The notes beneath the pieces were generated by a model. The model was not told where the DNA came from and did not search any database. It saw nothing but the letters and a program-made list of their open reading frames with translations. The position numbers and the translations under genes are program-made. A DNA stretch of 55,303 nt from Sunxiuqinia sp. (lineage in GTDB: Bacteria > Bacteroidota > Bacteroidia > Bacteroidales > Prolixibacteraceae): assembly GCA_024635605.1 (NCBI GenBank), contig JAGXIR010000194.1:1-55303 (forward strand), read 5' to 3'. Below are positions 10,957-21,726 of this stretch, one piece after another (the first letter of the stretch is position 1; every line of letters starts with the position of its first letter).

Positions 10957-10964
10957 TATCTTTG
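10957..10964 (+). promoter_or_regulatory. -7 promoter box for mgsA
   Basis: TATCTTTG just upstream of the ATG at 10979. Confidence 0.6.
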
Positions 10965-10978
10965 AAAAAAGTTCCTTT

Positions 10979-11458
10979 ATGAAAACAGCCAAACAAAAGA
11001 AAGTTATTGCGATTGTAGCCCATGACAATCGTAAAAAAGATATCATGGAGTGGGTTTCTTACAATTGGAAGGAATTAGTGTATCATAACCTCATGTGTAC
11101 CGGGACCACCGGAAAACTGGTGGAGGAAACGCTTTTGCAAAAATGCCGGGAGAATGAGGTTATTCCTCCGGGGATTATCCGCTTAAAATCAGGACCTTTA
11201 GGAGGCGATCAACAATTAGATGCCAATATTGCCGAAGGAAAAGTTGACATGCTGATCTTTTTCTGGGATCCGATGCAGCCACAACCACACGATGTTGATG
11301 TGAAAGCTCTGCTAAGGATTTCAACTTTGTACAATATTCCCATTGCAATGAACCGGTCAACGGCAGATTTCATTGTTTCATCCAAGTTATTTCACGAGCA
11401 CTATACACCGACTATAAAGGACTATTCCAGTTATATCATGAGAAATGTAAATCTGTAA
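10979..11458 (+). CDS. mgsA: Methylglyoxal synthase
   Basis: AHD, TGTTG, SGPLGGDQQ, FFWDP and PHDVDVKAL. Confidence 0.95.
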   Translation: MKTAKQKKVIAIVAHDNRKKDIMEWVSYNWKELVYHNLMCTGTTGKLVEETLLQKCRENEVIPPGIIRLKSGPLGGDQQLDANIAEGKVDMLIFFWDPMQPQPHDVDVKALLRISTLYNIPIAMNRSTADFIVSSKLFHEHYTPTIKDYSSYIMRNVNL

Positions 11459-11966
11459 TATCAAAATCAGAAATAATAATTTAGAAATGTAAATTAATTA
11501 GCCAGCTCATTATGTGCTATTTATCTACTGATTCTATGCTTTAATTTCCATAAGTAAACAGATTGAATTAGGAATTATGCGTCGTTCAGGTACATTGCTT
11601 TTAAAGATTGTTCGAATTTGACACTACAAAAGCTATCGGATTTATTCTCCGAATCTCAAATTGTCCGAAAATGTTTTACTCAGAAAAATCGTCATATTAA
11701 GACAAGCATCAGATGCCTCAAGGCAATGATTAACTAATATCGGTAATTTTCAAGATACGCTTAACTCGCTGAGATTTTAATATTCAGAATACCTTTGGTC
11801 AACGGCAAGAAATTTCTTCACTGTACTCGGAGCTTATCTCTATTCGTTGGTTGATACGGTTGTTGTCTTTAAACGGGTAAATGTTCACGGAGGAATCTAA
11901 TTGAGATGAGCAATTGTCAAATCTTACGTGTGTCTTATAGTTGATATTATGTTATTTTTATATTGT

Positions 11967-12000
11967 AAGAAAAAGGAGAGTAAAAATCTCTCCTTTTCTT
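11967..12000. terminator. Bidirectional intrinsic terminator downstream of the gyrA-TPR unit
   Basis: AAAAGGAGAG-TAAAAAT-CTCTCCTTTT, 7 bp beyond the TPR gene stop. Confidence 0.8.
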
Positions 12001-12007
12001 GTCAATA

Positions 12008-13234
12008 TTATTGTTTTAACTCTTCCAGCTTGGCATTGACCTCATCAAACTTGTCCATCATCTTCAAACGATAGTACAGTGTTTTCAAAGTTTCCAAAGC
12101 ACTCAATTCGGTTTTCTTTGTATTTTCGTTAGGTTCTTCAGCTGCTGCGGCATACATGGCAGCTTTCTCCATTGGCTCAACGGCCATTTTAAAATCTACA
12201 TCAGCTTTATTCTTTTCTTCCTCATATTTGTCGGGCTGGTTTGTAGGAACTGCATTGGCGGCTTCAATTTGCTGCACACCATTGTTGTAATAGATTGCTC
12301 CAAGATTATAGTAGGCATCGGCAAAATCTTCTTTTATTTCAATGGCACCTTTGTAGGCTTCAACAGCCTTCTTAACTTCGCCGGTCTTGTCATACAACGA
12401 TCCTCGTGCAAAATGAAAGGATGCATTCTCCGGGTCATTTTGAATAGCCAGATCCAGGTATTTCATAGCTTCCTCCACTTTGTTCGAAGTCAGGTAGATA
12501 TTGATCAGCGCCACCATAATTGAGCTGTTGTTCGGGTATTTTTCGAACCCTCTCTGCAAAGCATCTACGGCACTGGCAGTATCTTGCTGCAAGATATAAC
12601 TGGATGAAATTAGCTCGAACGTGCGAGCTTCGTTATAGTCGTGTTTCGCAGCTTCTTCGTAATACTTAATTGCCTCGTCATATTTCTCAGCGTTATAGGC
12701 AGCTAAACCAGCATTAAATATAATAACGGTATCAACAACTTCAGCATTGGTATCGTCTTGCATCAATGGCATATCCTGAACTTCAAGGATTTGCTTAAAT
12801 GACTGCAAGGCAAGCTCATAATTATTATCGTTGAAAGCTTGTACCGCCTGATCTGTAAAATCAGAAACTAACAGTGTTAATTTGATCTTGATGCCGTTTG
12901 CATTACGACCTTTATCATCAAGTTCCAGTGCTTTTTTGTACGATCTAAAAGCTTCAGCAAGCGGTTTTTCTACCAACTTTTTGTAGTTTGCATCTTTGCT
13001 CTGATACACTGCCTGGTAAATTTCCCCACGTACTTCCCAGGTCTTTGGCCAATCCAATGTTTTATCGGATTTATCATTACTTGGGTCTATGGTTAACTCA
13101 ATGGTCTCGACAGCTTGATCCAGCTTGCCGGCATCCTTATAACTTTGCGCACTGGACACCTTTCCTTTCTGGGCCACACATGCTGTTACTGAAATTATAA
13201 GTACAAATAGAAAAATAGTTTTCTTCATCATCAT
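12008..13234 (-). CDS. Exported tetratricopeptide-repeat protein downstream of gyrA
   Basis: Signal peptide and several TPR motifs (AYYNLGAIYYN, FNAGLAAYNA). Confidence 0.88.
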   Translation of the reverse strand: MMMKKTIFLFVLIISVTACVAQKGKVSSAQSYKDAGKLDQAVETIELTIDPSNDKSDKTLDWPKTWEVRGEIYQAVYQSKDANYKKLVEKPLAEAFRSYKKALELDDKGRNANGIKIKLTLLVSDFTDQAVQAFNDNNYELALQSFKQILEVQDMPLMQDDTNAEVVDTVIIFNAGLAAYNAEKYDEAIKYYEEAAKHDYNEARTFELISSSYILQQDTASAVDALQRGFEKYPNNSSIMVALINIYLTSNKVEEAMKYLDLAIQNDPENASFHFARGSLYDKTGEVKKAVEAYKGAIEIKEDFADAYYNLGAIYYNNGVQQIEAANAVPTNQPDKYEEEKNKADVDFKMAVEPMEKAAMYAAAAEEPNENTKKTELSALETLKTLYYRLKMMDKFDEVNAKLEELKQ

Positions 13235-13306
13235 TCTTATTTTTTAGATTTTTTTACAAATTTAATTCTTTTACTATCCATTGCAAATTCCTGATAGCAA
13301 AACCCT

Positions 13307-15829
13307 TTATGATTCATTTTCAGAATTGTCTTCGATATCCGGTGAATCAAGATCTTCCACATTTTCGCCTTCTTCTATCTCATTGCTACTTTCAAACGTA
13401 ACTCTGGCAACCGATGCAATTCGATCTTCTTCTTTCAGATTAATTAATCGAACTCCTTGAGCAGCTCTTCCCATTACGCGTAATGCGGAAATCGGAAGAC
13501 GGATTGTCAAGCCATTCTGGGTAATGATCATCAAGTCATTCTCATCAATAACACTCTTAATTGCAATTAAACTACCGGTCTTTTCGGTTAGGTTAATTGT
13601 TTTAACACCTTTTCCTCCCCTGTTGGTTATCCGGTAGCCTTCAATGCTTGACCGCTTTCCATAGCCTTTTTCAGAAACAACAAGAACATCTTCGGACTCA
13701 TTCTCAACACAGATCATGCCAACTACCTCATCGTTCTCATTTCCAAGTGTTATACCACGCACTCCTGAAGCTGTTCTACCAATTGGTCGAACAATGTTTT
13801 CGTGGAAACGGATGGCTTTTCCGGATTTCACAGCGATCATGATTTCCTGATTACCGTTTGTCAGGCGTGCTTCCAATAACTTATCTCCCTCACGGATGGT
13901 AATGGCGTTCACCCCATTTTGACGTGGGCGCGAATAGGCTTCCAATGATGTCTTTTTAATGACACCCTTTTTCGTGCACAGTATAATAAAGTTGTTGTTG
14001 ATGTATTCCGGATCATCCAGCTTTTTCACTTTGTTGTATGCCAATACCTGATCATCGGGTTCAATATTCAGCAGATTCTGAATTGCACGTCCTTTGGAGG
14101 TTCTGGTACCTTCCGGAATTTGATACACTTTGAGCCAGAAGCATTTTCCTTTTTCGGTAAAGAGCAACAGCGTATTGTGCATGGTCGCAATAAACATGTG
14201 CTCCAGGAAATCCTCATCGCGGGTTGACCCGCCTTTTGAGCCGGTACCTCCCCTGCCCTGCGTTTTGAAGTCAGTTAATGGGGTTCGCTTGATATAGCCC
14301 ATATGTGAAATGGTGATCACCATTTCTTCATCGGCATAAAAATCTTCGGGATTAAATTCTTCAGCATCCGGAACAATTTCGGTTCTTCTTCCATCTCCGT
14401 ATTTTGTTTTAATCTCTTGCAGCTCATCCTTAATGATCACCATACGAAGCTCTTCGTTGGCCAGGATTTCCCTGCATCGTTCGATAAACTTCATTACCTC
14501 TTCATATTCAGAGCGCAATTTGTCTTGCTCCAGACCAGTCAATTGGCGCAGGCGCATTTCAACAATCGCCCGTGCCTGAATATCTGAAAGTTCAAATCTT
14601 TCGATCAACCGCTCCCGGGCTTCGTCGGGTGTTTTTGAACCACGAATGATTGCGATGACTTCATCAATATTGTCACTTGCAATAATTAAACCTTCAAGAA
14701 TGTGCGCACGCTTTTCAGCCTGATCCAATTCGTACTGTGTACGTCGAACCACGACATCGTGACGATGTTCCACAAAATACCGAATGAGATCTTTCAGGTT
14801 CAGCATCTTTGGACGACCTTTAACCAAGGCAATATTGTTTACGCTGAAGCTGTTTTGAAGCTGGGTATATTTATATAGCTTGTTTAAAACAACATTCGAA
14901 ATTTCATCTTTCTTAATGTCAATAACGATACGCATGCCATCACGGTCAGATTCGTCATTAACATTCGAGATTCCTTCAATTTTCTTCTCATTGACTAATT
15001 CGGCAATTTTCATGATCAGTTCTGCCTTATTAACCAAATACGGGATTTCAGTGACGATAATCTTTTCCCTGCCATTTGGAGTAAGCTCGATATGGGCTTT
15101 ACCTCTCAAAACAACCCGGCCACGACCTGTTTCATAGGATTCTTCCACTCCTTTGTAGCCGTAAATGATACCTCCCGTAGGAAAATCAGGAGCTTTGATG
15201 ATCGGAATAAGATCTGCGATTTCGATGTCGCGGTTATCAATGTATGCCACGATGGCATCAATCGTATCGGATAGGTTGTGTGGTGGCATATTTGTTGCCA
15301 TTCCGACAGCAATACCCGATGTACCATTCACCAATAAGTTAGGAATCCGGGTCGGTAAAACAGTTGGTTCATTTAACGACTCGTCAAAGTTGGGTTGAAA
15401 ATCAACGGTGTTTTTGTCCAAATCCCGCAGAATTTCCTCGGCTATTTTGGCCAAACGGGCTTCAGTGTAACGCATGGCTGCCGGACTGTCGCCATCAATG
15501 GAACCGTAGTTTCCCTGTCCGTCAATGAGCGGGTATCTTAATGACCAATGCTGCGCCATACGCACCATTGTAAAATAAACCGAAGAATCACCATGCGGGT
15601 GGTACTTACCCAGAACTTCCCCGACTATCCTTGCCGATTTTTTATACGAACGATTGGAAAATATCCCCAACTCATTCATACCAAACAAAACACGTCTGTG
15701 AACTGGTTTTAAGCCATCACGCACGTCAGGCAGAGCCCTTGACACAATGACTGACATCGAATAATCGATGTAAGCAGACTTCATCTGCTCTTCAATATTT
15801 ATTTTTATAATTTTTTCGCCTTCAGCCAT
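13307..15829 (-). CDS. gyrA: DNA gyrase subunit A
   Basis: [16 protein letters not shown], active site AAMRYTE, GyrA-box-like QGRGGTG and beta-pinwheel repeats. Confidence 0.98.
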   Translation of the reverse strand: MAEGEKIIKINIEEQMKSAYIDYSMSVIVSRALPDVRDGLKPVHRRVLFGMNELGIFSNRSYKKSARIVGEVLGKYHPHGDSSVYFTMVRMAQHWSLRYPLIDGQGNYGSIDGDSPAAMRYTEARLAKIAEEILRDLDKNTVDFQPNFDESLNEPTVLPTRIPNLLVNGTSGIAVGMATNMPPHNLSDTIDAIVAYIDNRDIEIADLIPIIKAPDFPTGGIIYGYKGVEESYETGRGRVVLRGKAHIELTPNGREKIIVTEIPYLVNKAELIMKIAELVNEKKIEGISNVNDESDRDGMRIVIDIKKDEISNVVLNKLYKYTQLQNSFSVNNIALVKGRPKMLNLKDLIRYFVEHRHDVVVRRTQYELDQAEKRAHILEGLIIASDNIDEVIAIIRGSKTPDEARERLIERFELSDIQARAIVEMRLRQLTGLEQDKLRSEYEEVMKFIERCREILANEELRMVIIKDELQEIKTKYGDGRRTEIVPDAEEFNPEDFYADEEMVITISHMGYIKRTPLTDFKTQGRGGTGSKGGSTRDEDFLEHMFIATMHNTLLLFTEKGKCFWLKVYQIPEGTRTSKGRAIQNLLNIEPDDQVLAYNKVKKLDDPEYINNNFIILCTKKGVIKKTSLEAYSRPRQNGVNAITIREGDKLLEARLTNGNQEIMIAVKSGKAIRFHENIVRPIGRTASGVRGITLGNENDEVVGMICVENESEDVLVVSEKGYGKRSSIEGYRITNRGGKGVKTINLTEKTGSLIAIKSVIDENDLMIITQNGLTIRLPISALRVMGRAAQGVRLINLKEEDRIASVARVTFESSNEIEEGENVEDLDSPDIEDNSENES

Positions 15830-16111
15830 TTAATCCTCCTTTTAAAGAAATTTTATGTTGAAAAATTTTGACTTACAAAAATATAAAAATACTAACAAAA
15901 TCAGTCATTTTGAGCAGCTTTTAATTGGCAAAATGAAACAAGATTTTAACATTAAGGTGTTTAAAAAACCCGTGGATTAAAGTAGAGAGTCAGTAAATAT
16001 TGACTATTTTTATAGTTCATTTTTTATTTTCAGACGGGTTTACACGTCCAACATTTCGGAATAGTATTTGTTAGGAAAGAAAGAATTACAAATTTATTAA
16101 GACAGTTTATT

Positions 16112-18634
16112 ATGGATTCTCAATTCTCACCAAGAATAAAAGACGTTTTGACCTATAGTCGCGAAGAAGCGATCAGGTTAGGAAACGAGCAGATTGGGCT
16201 TGAGCATATTTTTCTGGGAATTTTGAGAGAAGGAGAAGGAATTGCAATTGACATACTCACTAATTTGGGAGTAAATTTATCAGAAATCAAAGAAGCCATT
16301 GAACAAGCGCTTCGCACAGATAATACCATTGATCCGCAAGCTTCCGTTCAACTCTTGAAATCAGCTGAAAAAGCGCTTAAGTTAGTCTATCTTGAAGCCA
16401 GGGCTTTTAGCAGTCCGACAATTAGTACCGGCCATTTGTTGCTGGCTATTTTAAAAGACAAAGAAAGTCAGATTGCGGCCTTGCTCAGCGATTTTCATGT
16501 GAATTACTATATCCTGAAATCCAGGCTGGAAGATTACAAACAGCCGGAAGCCAAATCCGATTTTGGCGATGAGGACGACATGGATGATCCCTTCGCAAAG
16601 CAACAACCACCATCCGGTTCTTCTTCAAAAAAGGTCGGCAGTTCTAAATCTGAAACCCCGGTTTTGGATAACTTTGGTATTGACATTACCAAAGCAGCCG
16701 AAGATAACAACCTCGACCCCATCGTTGGGCGAGAGAGGGAAATTGAGCGTTTAGCACAAATCCTTTCGCGCAGGAAAAAGAACAACCCAATTCTGATTGG
16801 AGAACCTGGAGTTGGAAAGTCGGCTATTGCTGAAGGTTTGGCCATTCGTATTATTCAGAAAAAAGTTTCGCGGGTTCTTTTCGACAAACGTGTGATCAGT
16901 CTTGACATCGCGTCGATTGTAGCCGGAACAAAGTATAGAGGGCAGTTTGAAGAACGGATGAAAGCCATTCTGAACGAACTGGCAAAGGTGAACAATGTTA
17001 TTTTGTTTATCGATGAAATTCACACCATTGTTGGAGCCGGAGGAGCAACCGGATCACTTGATGCAGCCAACATGCTGAAACCGGCGCTTGCCCGTGGTGA
17101 CATTCAATGTATTGGTGCCACCACCTTGGATGAATACCGGCAACAAATTGAGAAAGATGGTGCATTGGAACGCCGTTTCCAAAAAGTGATGGTTGAACCA
17201 ACTTCGGTCGATGAAACCATTGAAATTCTTCATAACATCAAAGAGCGTTACGAAGATCACCACAATGTTACTTATTCGGACGATGCCATTGAAGCCTGTG
17301 TGAAATTGACGGCACGCTACATTACCGACCGTTTTCTGCCAGACAAAGCGATTGATGCACTGGACGAATCAGGGTCGCGCGTGCATATTGCGAACATCAA
17401 TGTTCCTGACCGGATCGTAAAATTAGAGGAGAAAATTGAAGGTACACGCGAAGAGAAAATCAAAGCGGTAAAAAGTCAAAATTTTGAAGTTGCTGCGAAC
17501 CACCGCGATAAAGAAAAAAACCTGCTACAGTTATTGGATCAGGAAAAAGAAGCTTGGGAAAAAGAGCTGATAAGTCATCGGGAGATTGTTGAAGAAGAAA
17601 AAGTAGCTGAAGTTGTGGCTATGATGTCAGGAATTCCTGTTCAGCGTATTGCCCAGGCTGAAGGCATCCGCCTGATGAACATGGGAGCTAAACTGAAAGG
17701 AAGTGTTGTCGGTCAGGACGATGCGATTGCAAAAATTGTTAAAGCAATCCAACGAAACAGGGCCGGACTGAAAGATCCCAATAAACCAATTGGCTCTTTT
17801 GTCTTTTTAGGACCTACCGGTGTTGGTAAAACCCAGCTGGCTAAAGTATTAACCAAGTATTTGTTTGACAGTATCGATTCGCTGATTCGGATCGACATGA
17901 GCGAATACATGGAAAAGTTCTCTGTGTCACGACTGGTGGGTGCACCCCCGGGATATATTGGCTACGAAGAAGGTGGTCAGCTGACGGAAAAAGTACGACG
18001 CAAACCTTATTCAGTTGTTTTGCTGGATGAGATTGAAAAAGCCCATCCCGACGTTTTTCATCTGCTATTGCAGGTACTTGACGAAGGACGGCTGACGGAC
18101 AGTTTGGGACGTAATATTGATTTCAAGAATACCATCATTATTATGACTTCAAATATTGGTTCACGCCAGTTGACAGATTTTGGCCGTGGCGTTGGATTTT
18201 CAACACAAAAAACACCGGAAGAAGAAAACGAGCAGGCCAAATACATCGTTCAAAAAGCGCTGAAACGTACTTTTGCACCTGAATTTTTAAACAGGATTGA
18301 TGACGTGATCATGTTTAATACCTTGTCAAAAGATGATATTTTCAAAATTATCGATATCGAACTAAAAGACCTTTATGAGCGTGTCGAGTCTTTAAATTAC
18401 AAATTGAAAATATCGCGGGCGGCCAAAGATTTCATTGCCGAGAAAGGATATGATTCCCAGTATGGAGCCCGGCCTTTACAAAGAGCTATTCAGAAATATC
18501 TGGAAGATGAAATGGCTGAAGTGATTATCAAAGCCTCCATCGTAGAGGGCGATACCATCTCGATAGGCTATGATAAAAAGAATGAAAAGATAAAAGTTCG
18601 CATTCTTGACACAAAAGATAAAACTACGAAGTAG
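16112..18634 (+). CDS. clpC: ATP-dependent Clp protease ATP-binding subunit ClpC
   Basis: Clp-N repeats, two AAA modules (GEPGVGKS, GPTGVGKT), a short UVR-like middle coil and GARPL. Confidence 0.93.
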   Translation: MDSQFSPRIKDVLTYSREEAIRLGNEQIGLEHIFLGILREGEGIAIDILTNLGVNLSEIKEAIEQALRTDNTIDPQASVQLLKSAEKALKLVYLEARAFSSPTISTGHLLLAILKDKESQIAALLSDFHVNYYILKSRLEDYKQPEAKSDFGDEDDMDDPFAKQQPPSGSSSKKVGSSKSETPVLDNFGIDITKAAEDNNLDPIVGREREIERLAQILSRRKKNNPILIGEPGVGKSAIAEGLAIRIIQKKVSRVLFDKRVISLDIASIVAGTKYRGQFEERMKAILNELAKVNNVILFIDEIHTIVGAGGATGSLDAANMLKPALARGDIQCIGATTLDEYRQQIEKDGALERRFQKVMVEPTSVDETIEILHNIKERYEDHHNVTYSDDAIEACVKLTARYITDRFLPDKAIDALDESGSRVHIANINVPDRIVKLEEKIEGTREEKIKAVKSQNFEVAANHRDKEKNLLQLLDQEKEAWEKELISHREIVEEEKVAEVVAMMSGIPVQRIAQAEGIRLMNMGAKLKGSVVGQDDAIAKIVKAIQRNRAGLKDPNKPIGSFVFLGPTGVGKTQLAKVLTKYLFDSIDSLIRIDMSEYMEKFSVSRLVGAPPGYIGYEEGGQLTEKVRRKPYSVVLLDEIEKAHPDVFHLLLQVLDEGRLTDSLGRNIDFKNTIIIMTSNIGSRQLTDFGRGVGFSTQKTPEEENEQAKYIVQKALKRTFAPEFLNRIDDVIMFNTLSKDDIFKIIDIELKDLYERVESLNYKLKISRAAKDFIAEKGYDSQYGARPLQRAIQKYLEDEMAEVIIKASIVEGDTISIGYDKKNEKIKVRILDTKDKTTK

Positions 18635-18637
18635 TAT

Positions 18638-18667
18638 AAAAAAGGGCCGGATATCCGGCCCTTTTTT
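18638..18667. terminator. Bidirectional terminator between convergent clpC and the MscS gene
   Basis: Palindrome AAAAAAGGGCCGGATATCCGGCCCTTTTTT. Confidence 0.9.
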
Positions 18668-19719
18668 TATTCCTTTATTTTCTGATCTGATCTTTCAGTC
18701 AGGTTGATTCTTCCTTTTGGCAGGAATTGAGGATACTCATCCTGAACAAACCGGATCAATTCTTCTCGTACATGAACTCTTAAATCCCAAGCTTTGGGCG
18801 AATTTGACGCACTGACTAAAGCCCTTAATTCCAAGGTTCTGTCGTTTGAGTCAGTGACTTGAAGGACATTTACTTTTCTATCCCACAGGTCCGAATTTTC
18901 TAGTATTTCAGTCAATTTCTTTCGCATTTCTCCAACCGGAAAACCATAATCAACATGAATAAAAACAGTACCCATAATATCAGCTGAAGTGCGCGTCCAA
19001 TTTTGAAAAGGTTTTTCAATAAAATAGGTAATTGGAACAATGAGTCGTCGTTTATCCCAAATACGAATAACAACGTAGGTCAGCGTAATTTCTTCAATCC
19101 ACCCCCACTCTCCTTCCACAATTACGGCATCTTCGAGGCGGATGGGTTGTGTTATGGCAATTTGAAATCCGGCTAAAATCAAGGCGATGCTTCGTTGTGC
19201 TGCAAAACCTATGATAATACCGGCAATCCCGGCACTGGCCAAAAGACTTACACCCACTTTGCGAATTTGAGGGATGGTCATCAGGATGATGCCGATTGAA
19301 ATAATAACCACAATGGCAATGAGCATGCGCTCAAGAACGGAGAGCTGGGTGTGGATTTTCCGGGCTTTCAGGTTATCTTTTGTAGAGATGTCGTATTTCT
19401 CCAAAACATAGAGCTTAAGTCCCCCAAGTGCTTTGATAATCAACCAGGCGATAACAATGGTATAAATAATCCCAAGTCCAATGCTGGTGTCAAATGCCAC
19501 GTTGTCAAGCAATCCGGTAGCTGGCAACAACATGGATCCGGTAATTAACACCACCAGGAAAATAAATGGCAGGCTGATCAACCGCATAACTTCCAATCCA
19601 ACACTCAGATCAGTATTTCGATGAACTAGCTTTTTGATTTTACCAATAATCGCATAGGCAATGAAAATACCGACAATAATTCCTGCGACAACAATAGCTA
19701 TTTGTAGAAATAAACTCAT
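18667..19719 (-). CDS. Small-conductance mechanosensitive channel family protein
   Basis: TM segments; SLLASAGIAGIIIGFAAQ; GWIEEITLTYV; FQNWTR. Confidence 0.9.
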   Translation of the reverse strand: MSLFLQIAIVVAGIIVGIFIAYAIIGKIKKLVHRNTDLSVGLEVMRLISLPFIFLVVLITGSMLLPATGLLDNVAFDTSIGLGIIYTIVIAWLIIKALGGLKLYVLEKYDISTKDNLKARKIHTQLSVLERMLIAIVVIISIGIILMTIPQIRKVGVSLLASAGIAGIIIGFAAQRSIALILAGFQIAITQPIRLEDAVIVEGEWGWIEEITLTYVVIRIWDKRRLIVPITYFIEKPFQNWTRTSADIMGTVFIHVDYGFPVGEMRKKLTEILENSDLWDRKVNVLQVTDSNDRTLELRALVSASNSPKAWDLRVHVREELIRFVQDEYPQFLPKGRINLTERSDQKIKE

Positions 19720-19769
19720 GAATAAATATTTACATTCGAATTATAAAAGGAATCAAGTGTCCATCAATG

Positions 19770-21665
19770 CTAACTGTACTTTCCATAAAACTGGAGGGCC
19801 ATTAGGCTGATATCGTCAGCTTGTTCTGTTTCCCCCTTAAAGTCCGCCAACTCTTTCATCAGGTCGTCAACCATTGTTTTCGGTTCCGGATCAATGGTTT
19901 GTGCCATGAATTTTGACAATCTTTCCATTCCGTACATTTCGCTATTGAGGTTTTTACAATCAGTAACACCATCGGTGTACAAAAACAGAACGTCTCCTTT
20001 GGAAAGCGCTACCGAATGTGATTTATAAGTTTTGTTTGAATAGAGTCCGATCGGTAAACCATGCGTCTGCTCAAGTTGCATCAGCTCTCTGTTTCTGCGC
20101 AACAAAAACGGATAGCTATGTGCGGCATTGCAGTAATCCAAAATTCCTGTTTCCACATCCAAAATCCCTAAAAATAAGGTTAAGAAATGTTGATTTGAAT
20201 TCTCTTTGCTCAATGCCTTATTAACCACATCAACAATATTTCGGGCTGACAATTCAGTTGATTTACTTTTAATCATCGTGTTGGCTACAGCCATAAAAAG
20301 CGCTGCCGGAATACCTTTCCCGGAAACATCACCCATCGTAAAAAGCAAGTGTTTTTCATCAATAAAAAAGAAATCATACAAGTCGCCACCAATACTCTCG
20401 GCAGGATGAAGAATGGCATACAGGTCAATTTCATTACGCTCTTTTAAAATGCTGTAATCCTGCGGAATGATTGTACGTTGAATTTCCTTTGCCGATTTTA
20501 AGTCCTTCTCGTACTTCCGTTTGTCTTTCCTTACCTGGTTTTGTTCAGCCACGTAAGTACTATACTGAAACTGCAATTCTTTCAGACTATCACTCAACAA
20601 TTCAATTTCGTTTTTCTTCCCTCTTCTCCCCCGTTCGCCAAAACTAAACCGCTGGATGGAACGAACGATTTGTCTGAGGGGCGTAAACATCTTATTAAAA
20701 ATTAAGACGACAACCAATAAAATTGCTACGAATCCCAGCAGAGATACCAATATAATTTTACGAAATATGATATCCAAATCATCAAATAGTTCCTTGGTTG
20801 GAATCACAATCACAACCCGCCAGTTGGTAAAAGGGATGGGTGAAAAGTAGAACCAACTTTTCTCGAAATCCAGGAGTTCAGGATAGGCAAAACCAGATCC
20901 AGCCTGACCATCCTGAAGGATTTGCCGGTAATAGTCGCGGTCGCCATTGAATATTTGCGATGAAGTTTCAAACAAATTTCTTTTCATTACCCACTCAGGC
21001 TGTGGGTGAGTTAAATAAAATCCCTGAGCTGAAGCGACAAAAGCAAAGCCACTGACCCCAATTTTGATATCATCAATCACCTTATTTAAGAACTTGAGGT
21101 TTATATCTCCGGCAATGATGCCAACCGGCTCATCCATCTCATCAATCACCGGCAGGAAATAGGAAATCATCAAGGTGGTCGAATCCATCGGGCAATAAAA
21201 CGGATCAGACCATATACCCGCTTTTTTCTGAATAGCCAGGTCAACCAGTTCCGGATATCTAAAAACCGAACAAAATTCAAAATCCGTTTTATCAACCAAC
21301 TGCCCATCCTTGTTCCAATAGGTCGAATAAGTCAGCGTATCGGAATTTCCAAACAACTGCGCATGCATGCCACTAAGCACAGGATTGGTTTTAACAACCT
21401 GATGTAGAAATGTTTGAAGGTCGCCATGTGAATGATAATACAACGTCTGGCCGGCAACATTTCGGGTAACTTCCTGGGTGTTAACCACATTCCTCGTAAT
21501 CTCGTTGATTATTAAACTTGCTTGATGGGTAGCAACTTCTTCAATTTTTTCCATGATGATCTCCTTGCTGTGCTTGTAGTTGATAAACACAATCATGGAT
21601 ATAACAATGACTACGGCCATTAATACATAGAATCCCAGTTGAAAAGCAATACTTCGTTTATACAT
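19770..21665 (-). CDS. Cache/HAMP-domain sensor with SpoIIE/RsbU-type PP2C phosphatase
   Basis: Two TM segments flanking a dCache-like region (WSDPF, GFAF...YLTHP). PP2C motifs GGDLYD, GDVSGKG, YTDG and DDISL. Confidence 0.9.
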   Translation of the reverse strand: MYKRSIAFQLGFYVLMAVVIVISMIVFINYKHSKEIIMEKIEEVATHQASLIINEITRNVVNTQEVTRNVAGQTLYYHSHGDLQTFLHQVVKTNPVLSGMHAQLFGNSDTLTYSTYWNKDGQLVDKTDFEFCSVFRYPELVDLAIQKKAGIWSDPFYCPMDSTTLMISYFLPVIDEMDEPVGIIAGDINLKFLNKVIDDIKIGVSGFAFVASAQGFYLTHPQPEWVMKRNLFETSSQIFNGDRDYYRQILQDGQAGSGFAYPELLDFEKSWFYFSPIPFTNWRVVIVIPTKELFDDLDIIFRKIILVSLLGFVAILLVVVLIFNKMFTPLRQIVRSIQRFSFGERGRRGKKNEIELLSDSLKELQFQYSTYVAEQNQVRKDKRKYEKDLKSAKEIQRTIIPQDYSILKERNEIDLYAILHPAESIGGDLYDFFFIDEKHLLFTMGDVSGKGIPAALFMAVANTMIKSKSTELSARNIVDVVNKALSKENSNQHFLTLFLGILDVETGILDYCNAAHSYPFLLRRNRELMQLEQTHGLPIGLYSNKTYKSHSVALSKGDVLFLYTDGVTDCKNLNSEMYGMERLSKFMAQTIDPEPKTMVDDLMKELADFKGETEQADDISLMALQFYGKYS

Positions 21666-21726
21666 GAATTTGAGTCAATGCAATCAAGCATACAAGTTAT
21701 GGAAAATCACGGGGAAAGTAAAGACC

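Noticed and set aside
15560-15605. GyrA QRDR reads GDSSVYFT, with Phe where E. coli has Asp87: possible quinolone-resistance mutation
   Set aside because: The Ser83 equivalent is intact, and Phe at this position is, from recall, the native residue in Bacteroidales.
15988-16005. Imperfect palindrome AGTCAGTA-AA-TATTGACT between gyrA and clpC as a heat-shock operator
   Set aside because: It matches neither CIRCE nor the CtsR repeat, and a single imperfect copy in AT-rich DNA is too weak to call.
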